A DNA stretch of 49,460 bases, from the NCBI GenBank assembly GCA_018824115.1, contig JAHJGY010000022.1, positions 1 to 49,460 on the forward strand, read 5' to 3'. The position numbers and the translations under genes were made by a program. Positions 1 to 7,519 of the stretch are shown in pieces. The notes beneath the pieces were generated by a model. The model saw only the letters and a program-made list of their open reading frames with translations. It ran no database searches and was not told where the DNA came from. Position 1 is the stretch's first letter; each line of letters starts with the position of its first letter. Source of the stretch: Patescibacteria group bacterium. GTDB taxonomy: Bacteria > Patescibacteriota > 4484-211.

Positions 1-140
1 CAGTTAGTTTTGGCCGTGATTTAGGAGGAGATAATGATAGTTATCCCGGGGAGACCTTTATTTTTATGCCAAAGTATTTTTTCACCCTGGAACAGTTAGT
101 TGGTGAAACAAGGATATCTTGGCTGGAAGCAGGAAATTAG
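1..140 (+). CDS. 3' end of a secreted-protein gene (partial), paralog of the next CDS
   Basis: Frame 3 is open from the window edge to TAG at 138-140. It translates to VSFGRDLGGDNDSYPGETFIFMPKYFFTLEQLVGETRISWLEAGN. This parallels the C-terminus of the 236..2242 product (VLGRDLGRTSNPSNEDAPAELFSLPYGYFFNQEFVNLVGSQQEVDYSWREVGL). Confidence 0.5.
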   Translation, partial: VSFGRDLGGDNDSYPGETFIFMPKYFFTLEQLVGETRISWLEAGN

Positions 141-195
141 TCAAAATTGTTTTTGCCCCTTGTCCCCCATCGGTTTGGATAGATGATCTTTCTCC

Positions 196-225
196 TTGAC
201 AGTGCGCTGGTGTTTCCATTAATCT
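196..225 (+). promoter_or_regulatory. putative sigma70-type promoter (TTGACA-N18-TAATCT)
   Basis: TTGACA at 196-201, TAATCT at 220-225, and GTG start 10 nt downstream at 236. The 10-mer cTTGACAGTG (195-204) recurs at 2803-2812. Sequence match only. Confidence 0.35.
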
Positions 226-235
226 TAAAGTAATT

Positions 236-2242
236 GTGAAGGTAACGACTATTAGTACAACTCAGGAGCGATACAATAGTCATGATTGCGGGGTGAGATT
301 GTTGGGCCTGCTAATACTCTGCGCGACTGTTATTCTAAGTGCTGGAGTTGTTTTCGCCGTGGATGATGATCCACCAGTAACGACTCACTCGTATTCAGGT
401 GTAGAGGGAAGTAATGGCTGGTATACTTCAACGGTAGATGTAGCCTTACGGGCTTTTGATATGGAATCAGGGCCCAAGTCGACAACTTATTGGTTAAATA
501 GTGATCCTCCAACCACGAAAGAATACAGTACTGGACAGAATCAGATTCTTAATCCTTCGTTTGAGAGTGGCGGTTGGAAGTGGGAAAATTTGAGTTGGGT
601 CCCTTTTATTAATAATTGGGAGCATAGTGGCGGTGCTGGATTTTGGCAAAGTATGGTTTATCACAGGTTCGATTGGCGGTCGGCTGCTATTGGCAACCTG
701 TTTAGTGGAGGTGATTATTATTATTGGCACAATCGGCAGGATTATGTCCCTGCTGTGGCCGGGGGCAGTTACTCTGTCTCGGCTTGGGTCAAGACGTTAG
801 ATATTACTGGGCTGGGGTCTTGGTTTGAAGTGTGGGCGCGAGGGGAAACTGAGGCGGAAGATCAGTTGATTGTTGCCAGTGATGTGGTGAATGGGTCGGC
901 AGATTGGACCATGCTCGAGAAAAGTTTAATTATGCCTCCCGGGTTTCAGGGTCTCTATCTTAAACTGGGTATGCAAGACCAAAGTGTAGCCGGTTTAACA
1001 TTTTGGGATGGGATTAGTTTGTATGGAGGGTATTCGGCTTTTTCAGAATTTACTGTTGTTGAGAACGGCGATCACGTTCTGCACTACTATAGTGAGGATA
1101 ATTCGGGCAACATTGAGCCCGAGACCAGTGCGCCACTAAAAATAGATACAGTGAGTCCGCGAGGCTGGGATAACTTTTCTTATGTTCCGGGATCAAATGA
1201 CCACTCGTACTATGTTTCGGTTGAAGTTGTTGATGAGACTTCCGGGATAGATGTTTCCACGGCTGTTTACCGTTCGTATACCGACCATCAGGGAACTGGG
1301 TGGAGCTTTGAATCTGGTGAGGCTTGGGATCCTATTGACAGCGTTGTGGTCGTATCGACTGGCCTCCCAGCAGTTGATGGTGAGACTGCCAAGGTCCGCT
1401 TAACCACGCCGGAGATAGATTTTGGAGATTCAGTAACCGTGATGAGGGTTCAGTTTAGGATTGCGGATATGGCGGATAGTTCCGCTGATAGCCCTATGTT
1501 TACTATAGAAGGCGCTTGGGCAGAATCTATGAACGGTATAGTGTATTCGCGCGGACTGATAAACATGCCGAACTCAGCACCTGCAGGAGAGTTTAATTCA
1601 GACGGATTGGTTGTGAGCGGCGGTGGAATTACGCTTTTCGAATCATCAAAATCCTGGACAGTAGAAAATTATAATCACGAGTTAGCCGGTGTCCCTGGCC
1701 TTAACGAAATATTTCTAGCCCATGATGCCTTGAAGCAAACGGCGGTTGCTTTACCGAATAATAAATTACCTGCTAGCAGTGGGGTATATTATTTCGATGG
1801 TGATTATGTTCTTGATCATAACTCTACCCCGTCTGGGTTTGAAAGCAGTGAATTGTCGGCGATTATTTTTATCAACGGGAATTTATATGTTAAGAATAGT
1901 TACACGATGGAGCCTTCTTCGGCTGTGTTGTTTGTAGTTGACGGTGATGTTGGTATTTCAGGGTTGGTGGAAGAAATGTGGGGCGTTTTCTTGGTCAGTG
2001 GGATTTATGATTCCAACTATAATAATAAATTGCGGCGACAACTCGTGCAGAATGGCGGGGTGACTGCATTAGAAGGCATCGTTTTAGGGCGTGATCTGGG
2101 TCGAACGAGCAACCCTTCCAATGAAGACGCTCCAGCAGAGTTGTTTTCTTTGCCGTATGGCTACTTCTTTAATCAGGAGTTTGTTAATCTAGTTGGGTCA
2201 CAGCAGGAAGTAGATTATTCTTGGAGAGAGGTGGGTTTGTAG
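236..2242 (+). CDS. secreted/surface modular protein with Ig-like and CBM4_9-like (jelly-roll) modules, function unknown
   Basis: 668-aa ORF with GTG start and an N-terminal hydrophobic anchor/signal (LLGLLILCATVILSAGVVFAV). Surface-protein Ig-like motifs GSNGWYTSTVDVALRAFDMESG and GDHVLHYYSEDNSGNIEPETSAPLKIDTVSP. Jelly-roll opening motif NQILNPSFESGGWKW. Confidence 0.75.
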   Translation: MKVTTISTTQERYNSHDCGVRLLGLLILCATVILSAGVVFAVDDDPPVTTHSYSGVEGSNGWYTSTVDVALRAFDMESGPKSTTYWLNSDPPTTKEYSTGQNQILNPSFESGGWKWENLSWVPFINNWEHSGGAGFWQSMVYHRFDWRSAAIGNLFSGGDYYYWHNRQDYVPAVAGGSYSVSAWVKTLDITGLGSWFEVWARGETEAEDQLIVASDVVNGSADWTMLEKSLIMPPGFQGLYLKLGMQDQSVAGLTFWDGISLYGGYSAFSEFTVVENGDHVLHYYSEDNSGNIEPETSAPLKIDTVSPRGWDNFSYVPGSNDHSYYVSVEVVDETSGIDVSTAVYRSYTDHQGTGWSFESGEAWDPIDSVVVVSTGLPAVDGETAKVRLTTPEIDFGDSVTVMRVQFRIADMADSSADSPMFTIEGAWAESMNGIVYSRGLINMPNSAPAGEFNSDGLVVSGGGITLFESSKSWTVENYNHELAGVPGLNEIFLAHDALKQTAVALPNNKLPASSGVYYFDGDYVLDHNSTPSGFESSELSAIIFINGNLYVKNSYTMEPSSAVLFVVDGDVGISGLVEEMWGVFLVSGIYDSNYNNKLRRQLVQNGGVTALEGIVLGRDLGRTSNPSNEDAPAELFSLPYGYFFNQEFVNLVGSQQEVDYSWREVGL

Positions 2243-2751
2243 TACTTCCCAGCCATAAGTATTTCCTGAGCTAGTCGATACCCGGTTCTAAAGGGTTCCA
2301 GCGCCTCTAGAGTTTTACCTTCATCTAGAAGCTTTTTCCCTTCAAAGTAGAGTCTTTCAATTGAAGTAGAGGGTAATTGTTCTTGTTTTAGTTCCAAAAT
2401 TGCGCGCGAGAGTTCGCGTGAAGCTTCTTCGGCATTGGTAGTTAGGAGAATTTTAGGAGTAACTAAGGGCAAGTCTGGAGCTGGTGTGGGAGTTAAGTTG
2501 ATCGAAGGAGTTAGTGTCGGAGTTTTTAGAATGCCTGGATAAATTTTTGAGACAGCTTGGTTAAAAATAGAGAGTATTCTACTGGTTAGGTTTTGAGGTG
2601 CAGAGTTTGGACTATCTTGTCCATCTGGTGCAGTTAAAATTGAAATAGTTACTACGAGAAAGAAGGCTAATAAAACTAAAAATCCGGCTGCTGAAGCAAG
2701 AAGAATCTTCTTATTGTAAGTGATTCTAATGAAAGAAGGGTTTTTCTTCAT
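2215..2751 (-). CDS. membrane-anchored hypothetical protein (TM helix, Pro/Thr spacer, helical C-terminus)
   Basis: The ORF opens at TTG 2757; the first ATG is at 2751 (MKKNPSF...). One TM helix (ILLASAAGFLVLLAFFLVVTISIL). Its 3' end overlaps the convergent 236..2242 gene by 28 nt. No family recognised. Confidence 0.55.
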   Translation of the reverse strand: MKKNPSFIRITYNKKILLASAAGFLVLLAFFLVVTISILTAPDGQDSPNSAPQNLTSRILSIFNQAVSKIYPGILKTPTLTPSINLTPTPAPDLPLVTPKILLTTNAEEASRELSRAILELKQEQLPSTSIERLYFEGKKLLDEGKTLEALEPFRTGYRLAQEILMAGKYYKPTSLQE

Positions 2752-2803
2752 TGGCAATTTTATTCTAACATTTGGGTGATTTTATGCAAACTAGGAAGAT
2801 TGC

Positions 2804-2832
2804 TTGACAGTGATTTAGTTTCTCGATAATCT
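2804..2832 (+). promoter_or_regulatory. putative sigma70-type promoter (TTGACA-N17-TAATCT)
   Basis: TTGACA at 2804-2809, TAATCT at 2827-2832 (GATAAT at 2825-2830 is an alternative -10), and ATG 12 nt downstream at 2845. It shares cTTGACAGTG and TAATCT with the 196-225 element. Confidence 0.4.
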
Positions 2833-2844
2833 TTAATAGTAGAA

Positions 2845-3855
2845 ATGGTGGACTCACTTTTTTATCGACTACTTAATATTGTTAGTGGAGTACTTGTGTT
2901 TTTAACGCTCGTCTCCCCTCCCCTGGTTTATGGTCAAGGGGTTCCGGTACTTAGCCTTGAGTTCCCCGAGGGATATAGTTCTGGGCCTTTTTCAGCTGGG
3001 GACCAGGTGGTTGTCGATCTTAAGTTTGACCCGGCGGGTTTAGAGATTCTCAATGCCGATGTTTTTATTCAGATTGATGATGGTGGCCTTCTAGAGCAAA
3101 ATTTGGTTTTGGATTCTGTGGAGCTTGTTGATTCGGAGCTAACGGTAGCACCTGGGTTGGTAGAGATAGTCAGTAATTCACGCAGCACAGACCAGATTGC
3201 TCTAATGGTGATTAAGGTTGTTGGTAGCGGTGCCGGAGCGATAGTGGAACCGATAACCCAAGAGGTTGTTATTGTTAGGCTCACATTTACGGTTGCTGAT
3301 GAAGTTAATATTACGGTAGCAGGGCTAAGATTTCTTGAAGGAACGAGTTTAATATTTACCTATCCTGTCGATGTGGAACCTGCTTTAAATAATTTGACAC
3401 TTACCATAATTCCTAGTGTTCCTACGCCCACATCTATGCCACCAACACCTATTCCTACGGAGATCCCATTTATTCCCGGGGATGGATCCCCTTTAGTGTT
3501 TTTTTCATTTGGATCATTAGCGACAGCAGTCTGTGAATCGCAGGTTTACCCCGAATGCGAGCTGCCTTGTACTACAGTGCCCGTTTTTAAGCGGTGTTTA
3601 AATTTGAACCAGTTTCTGAATCTAGCCATTTCTTGGAGTGCATTATTGGCGGTTTTGGTTTCTCTTGTTCGGTTAGCGGTTGGGACTTTCGGTTATATTA
3701 GTTCAACGGGTGATGCCAAAAAAATGGAGGAAGCTAGGATGACCATGATTTATGCTGTATTAGGCCTTATGATTATAGCTGTTGTTTGGCTATTTATAGT
3801 TATCGGACAGCAACTTGCTCCCGCTTCCTGGCAAATTTGGTTCGGGGGAGGATGA
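2845..3855 (+). CDS. cohesin-like module fused via a Pro/Thr linker to a Cys-rich, two-TM VirB2/TrbC-type pilin-like anchor
   Basis: 336-aa ORF with an N-terminal signal (VLVFLTLVSPPLVYGQG) and a beta-rich module that aligns by eye with the scaffoldin cohesins. A PT linker (SVPTPTSMPPTPIPTEIP) leads to a C-terminal Cys cluster plus two TM helices. Confidence 0.75.
   Translation: MVDSLFYRLLNIVSGVLVFLTLVSPPLVYGQGVPVLSLEFPEGYSSGPFSAGDQVVVDLKFDPAGLEILNADVFIQIDDGGLLEQNLVLDSVELVDSELTVAPGLVEIVSNSRSTDQIALMVIKVVGSGAGAIVEPITQEVVIVRLTFTVADEVNITVAGLRFLEGTSLIFTYPVDVEPALNNLTLTIIPSVPTPTSMPPTPIPTEIPFIPGDGSPLVFFSFGSLATAVCESQVYPECELPCTTVPVFKRCLNLNQFLNLAISWSALLAVLVSLVRLAVGTFGYISSTGDAKKMEEARMTMIYAVLGLMIIAVVWLFIVIGQQLAPASWQIWFGGG
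2941..3411 (+). other. cohesin-like domain (aa ~33-189 of the 2845..3855 product)
   Basis: GDQVVVDLKFDPAGLEILNADVFIQID parallels DDEMVVDINIIDTANLYGFQFDLAYD of scaffoldin cohesin 1. EVVIVRLTFTVADEVNITVAGLRF parallels GTLVGVRFRTLAAGTSVIDIQGLKL. Similarity is distant and judged by eye only. Confidence 0.45.
3532..3810 (+). other. VirB2/TrbC (T4SS pilin)-like Cys-rich double-TM anchor (aa ~230-322)
   Basis: CESQVYPECELPCTTVPVFKRC is followed by TM1 (AISWSALLAVLVSLVRLAVGTFGY), the loop ISSTGDAKKMEEARMT and TM2 (MIYAVLGLMIIAVVWLFIVIG). This matches my recollection of the small T4SS-pilin-like proteins common in CPR genomes. Confidence 0.45.
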
Positions 3856-3869
3856 ACTGAATTAAAAAG

Positions 3870-5726
3870 ATGTTTAAACAAAAAAAAGTTGCCCTTCGCC
3901 AGTTTATGTTTTGTTGCGTGATTCTAATATTGTCTTTTCTCCAAAAACATAAGGACACTAAAGCCCAAACTTGCAAGCATATTGTTTCTTCAAATGAAGA
4001 GTTGGTAAATGCTAATAATGCAGTTAATCCAGGAGAGATAGTATGTCTGGAGAGTGGAACATATAATGTGGGAATTGGCCCCTCTCATTCTGGTGCAGAC
4101 GGATTATATATCACTTATCAAGCGGTTCAAGGAGCGGTCCCAGTTATAACAGAACGATCATACCTCGATGATAAAAGCTATCTGGTTATCAAGGGCATCA
4201 GGTTTGAGTCTGACGGATATACATGGATATCGACGAGTGCAAATTCGCACCACATTCAACTTTTGGAGTGTGGATTTGACTCTTCTGAGGCTGGAAGTTA
4301 TAGCGGTATCTATATAAATGGATCGCAATATATCACCATTAGCGGCTCAACTTTTGGAAAGTGGATGTTTGGTAATGCAATTAGCGGTATGGGTGGTTCC
4401 CATATCCTTATTGAGGACAACGATTTTTCTCAGGCCATTGCTGAACATGGATTGGCTAACATAAGCGCTTCTGATCTAATTATTCGCAATAATTATTTTC
4501 GCAATCCTTGCGACAGAGCTCTTTCTCTTAGAGAGAAAAACAGTACTGCTGAAAATCTGCTCGTAGAAAACAATGTATTTATGGATAGTAATTGGAACAG
4601 AAAAGACTCTTGTTATGGAGAAGAACCTGGTTCAGAACAGGCTCTTAAATTCAATGTTTCCAAGGGAATTTTTCGTAACAATCTTGTTATAAATACCAAT
4701 GAAGGGAAAAATTATGACTATGGCGGCTCCCTCCATTTTTCAACTTATGAGGAGGTCCTAAAATACGAATACAATCGTGTTTATCATAATACATTTTACA
4801 AAAACAAACTTCATGCTATTACCTTTACTAGAAACACGGATACTTGGGATACTCGTAACAACAAAATTACAAATAATGTTATAGCTGAACACAATTTAAT
4901 AAATGATTTTACAAACAGCGATTGCAGTACGCCTGATGAGTGCAAAACTTATTCTGTGTATATTGGGAGGAGTGGCTTGAATTGGCAAACATATCTTTTT
5001 GATTTTAATGTTATTTCTGATTCCCGGAAAGATAATGTGATTTATATCGCTGATGGTGGCAAAGAACAAACTGTTGAAGAAGCCCAAATCAACCATCCAG
5101 ACCAATTTCAAAACAATATTATCCAACTTCCCCAATTCCAAAATGAAAATATCATGTATGACGCTGACCAATATCCTGAAAATTACTCTCTTGTAAACAT
5201 AGATGATTTTTTCGCTGGCTTTGCCCTTACATCGGATAGTTCAGGGAAATATGCAGCTACTCATTTAGCTGAGATTACCGCTTCTAGTACGGGTACAACG
5301 ATTCGGATAGACGATGCTTTATATTTCACCGATGGAATGGGAATGATCAATGGAGACAGAATTATTATTGGTTCTGATAATCAGGTTACAGTTCAGATAA
5401 CTAATGTAGATTATGAAAATAATATTCTAGAAGTGGATCAAGCTATTAGTGTTTTGGTCGGTGATAGAATTTATCTGGAAGCGACAGGAACAAGTCCTGA
5501 TATTGGGGTTTATGGCCGTGAAGGTAGTTTATTTCCTACTCCCCTCCCCTCAGTTGAAGGTGACCTCAACAACGATGGTGTAGTGGACATCTTTGACCTC
5601 GTTATTGTCGGCAGTTGTTTTGGGCAGGAAGCAGTCGGAGATTGCGCCCGCGCAGATGCCAACGGAAACGGTGTTGTGGATATTTTTGATCTGGTGTTGG
5701 TGGGTGGTAATTTTGGAACAAGTTAA
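3870..5726 (+). CDS. secreted right-handed beta-helix protein (polysaccharide lyase-like) with C-terminal dockerin
   Basis: 618-aa ORF with a signal-like N-terminus (FMFCCVILILSFL). The N-terminal motif IVSSNEELVNANNAVNPGEIVCLESGTYN and many NN-x-F/I-x-N turns are typical of parallel beta-helix lyases. It ends in a two-repeat dockerin. Confidence 0.85.
   Translation: MFKQKKVALRQFMFCCVILILSFLQKHKDTKAQTCKHIVSSNEELVNANNAVNPGEIVCLESGTYNVGIGPSHSGADGLYITYQAVQGAVPVITERSYLDDKSYLVIKGIRFESDGYTWISTSANSHHIQLLECGFDSSEAGSYSGIYINGSQYITISGSTFGKWMFGNAISGMGGSHILIEDNDFSQAIAEHGLANISASDLIIRNNYFRNPCDRALSLREKNSTAENLLVENNVFMDSNWNRKDSCYGEEPGSEQALKFNVSKGIFRNNLVINTNEGKNYDYGGSLHFSTYEEVLKYEYNRVYHNTFYKNKLHAITFTRNTDTWDTRNNKITNNVIAEHNLINDFTNSDCSTPDECKTYSVYIGRSGLNWQTYLFDFNVISDSRKDNVIYIADGGKEQTVEEAQINHPDQFQNNIIQLPQFQNENIMYDADQYPENYSLVNIDDFFAGFALTSDSSGKYAATHLAEITASSTGTTIRIDDALYFTDGMGMINGDRIIIGSDNQVTVQITNVDYENNILEVDQAISVLVGDRIYLEATGTSPDIGVYGREGSLFPTPLPSVEGDLNNDGVVDIFDLVIVGSCFGQEAVGDCARADANGNGVVDIFDLVLVGGNFGTS
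5559..5723 (+). repeat. dockerin-module coding repeat, copy 1 of 5
   Basis: GDLNNDGVVDIFDLVIVGSCFGQEAVGDCARADANGNGVVDIFDLVLVGGNFGTS: two DxNxDGxxDxxD-type Ca-binding loops, each followed by a helix. The DNA is near-identical to the other four copies. Confidence 0.85.
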
Positions 5727-5772
5727 ACTTGTCGGGGCTCAGCTTTGTTCAACTCGGTGTATACTAGAGAAT

Positions 5773-5892
5773 ATGCTTATGTTCAAGAAAAAGACAGTTT
5801 CCTGTTTGTTTTTAATCGCAATTATCATACTCGTTTTTAACTCGGCGCAGGTAAGTGTTAAAGGGCAAGACGACTGTACGGTTATTGTTGAT
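5773..5892 (+). repeat. signal-peptide cassette, copy 1 of 2 (pairs with 11719..11838)
   Basis: 120 nt encoding MLMFKKKTVSCLFLIAIIILVFNSAQVSVKGQDDCTVIVD. By eye it differs at about 6 positions from 11719..11838, after which the two genes are unrelated. Confidence 0.8.
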
Positions 5893-7455
5893 AGTTCTGG
5901 CGGGGGAGATTACTTGTCTATACAGGCAGGTTTGGATGCGAGTGAGCCGGGTGACACTATTTGCGTAAGAGGTTCAACTGATGCAGGAAATCCCCGAGTT
6001 TACAATGGCTATCTAAGATTAAATCAAAGTCACTCTGGGACAGTAGGAAATATTAAAACACTTAAAGCCGACGGATCCGTTTCTATCCAGAAAGGAGTCA
6101 GTGATAGCAGATGCCACGCTTTTGTGATTAACACAAGTATTAGTTATTTTACGATTGACGGCTTCGAAATCACTAATTTTGATTGCTTTGCTTTTCAGTT
6201 CGATAATGACGAGCAGTCCATAGATAATCCCTCGCAATACATTACCCTAAGGGATCTAAAAATTCACGATTTAGGGGCAAACGAGCCCGAGGGGTCTTTT
6301 ACAGGGACTCTTCTCAATTGCCAGCATGTGTTAATTGAAAACGTCGAGTTATACAGAAACGCTTCTGGTATTAACATAGGCGGGAATAGTTTTGATGTGG
6401 TAATAAGAAACAGTTCTAGCCACGATATGAGGCACCAATTGGATGGAGATGGATTTAATGCCAGTAATTGGGGTGAAGATGAAGTCGGCACAGATTATCA
6501 TCCCCACAATATCACCATTGAGGACACTTCAGTTTACAACAATGGCGAGGACGGTTTTGACTTTAAGGCAGATGATGTTACCTACCGTCGTTGTCGGAGT
6601 TACAATAATAGGGCTAGGGGCGTTGCGGTTAAGGGACTAAGACAAAAGATTGTAAACTCTCTGATTCATGGTAATGAGAAAAGTGTTAGTATTAGTGGTT
6701 GGAGAGATAGCAGTGTGGCCATTATTAACTCAACGCTTATTAGTGATTATGCAACGTTGTCGTATAGTGCCTATCCGTTTGTAATGGAGGCAGTGGTTAT
6801 AAATAGTATATTTATATCTCCAGACCGGACCGTGCAAATCCTTGAAGGACATAAGCTTTTCGGGGACAACAACATTTATTATAATAGTTCAAACGATGGC
6901 ACGGTGGTGGCTTATTATAGAGAATGGAACAACGGGGGTATTGGTAATGTTATAGAAACGTTTTACATGAATGATGTGAACTCTGGGCATTGGTCGTCAC
7001 AATTAGATTACTACGATGTGGGTGATAATACTGATTCAAATTCGCAGGGCATAAATCCCGCGTTTATTGATTTAGAAGGGTATAACTTGCAATTGCGTAG
7101 CGACTCAACAGCAATTGATGCTGGCGTACCAGATTACAGTTTTGCTGGGACTAGTTATCTTCCAGCATCCATTATAGAAATACCAACTATAGATATTGAT
7201 GGTAATCCGCGCGATTCTGATCCAGACATTGGTGCTTTTGAGTATATAGATGAAGCTGTCCCATCGCCCGGTCCCCTTCCCTCAGTTGAAGGAGATCTCA
7301 ATAGCGACGGAGTAGTGAACATCTTCGACCTCGTTATTATCGGCAATTGTTTTGGGCAGGAAGCAATAGGAACCTGCGCCCGTGCAGACGCCAACGGAAA
7401 CGGAGTGGTGGATATTTTTGATCTGGTAATTGTGGGTAGTCATTTTGGGCAGTAA
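5773..7455 (+). CDS. secreted right-handed beta-helix protein (pectate-lyase-fold) with C-terminal dockerin
   Basis: Start placed at ATG 5773 (MLMFKKKTVSCLFLIAIIILVF..., a signal peptide). The track start at 5593 would read through the preceding dockerin in another frame. Beta-helix motifs SIQAGLDASEPGDTICVRG, IRNSSSHDM and NITIEDTSVYNNGEDGFDFK. C-terminal dockerin. Confidence 0.85.
   Translation: MLMFKKKTVSCLFLIAIIILVFNSAQVSVKGQDDCTVIVDSSGGGDYLSIQAGLDASEPGDTICVRGSTDAGNPRVYNGYLRLNQSHSGTVGNIKTLKADGSVSIQKGVSDSRCHAFVINTSISYFTIDGFEITNFDCFAFQFDNDEQSIDNPSQYITLRDLKIHDLGANEPEGSFTGTLLNCQHVLIENVELYRNASGINIGGNSFDVVIRNSSSHDMRHQLDGDGFNASNWGEDEVGTDYHPHNITIEDTSVYNNGEDGFDFKADDVTYRRCRSYNNRARGVAVKGLRQKIVNSLIHGNEKSVSISGWRDSSVAIINSTLISDYATLSYSAYPFVMEAVVINSIFISPDRTVQILEGHKLFGDNNIYYNSSNDGTVVAYYREWNNGGIGNVIETFYMNDVNSGHWSSQLDYYDVGDNTDSNSQGINPAFIDLEGYNLQLRSDSTAIDAGVPDYSFAGTSYLPASIIEIPTIDIDGNPRDSDPDIGAFEYIDEAVPSPGPLPSVEGDLNSDGVVNIFDLVIIGNCFGQEAIGTCARADANGNGVVDIFDLVIVGSHFGQ
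7291..7452 (+). repeat. dockerin-module coding repeat, copy 2 of 5
   Basis: GDLNSDGVVNIFDLVIIGNCFGQEAIGTCARADANGNGVVDIFDLVIVGSHFGQ. Confidence 0.85.
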
Positions 7456-7479
7456 GAAAAGATTCTCATTTTAGGCAGC

Positions 7480-7508
7480 TTGACGAATCTCGATTTTCTT
7501 GATAGCTT
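7480..7508 (+). promoter_or_regulatory. putative promoter (TTGACG-N17-TAGCTT)
   Basis: TTGACG at 7480-7485, TAGCTT at 7503-7508, and ATG 11 nt downstream at 7520. The -10 match is weak. Confidence 0.3.
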
Positions 7509-7519
7509 GAGTGTGTACT

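Noticed and set aside
5593-5772. N-terminal 60-codon extension of the 5593..7455 ORF
   Set aside because: It overlaps the dockerin of the preceding gene in another frame and encodes no signal peptide. The internal ATG at 5773 opens a typical signal peptide that is duplicated at 11719.
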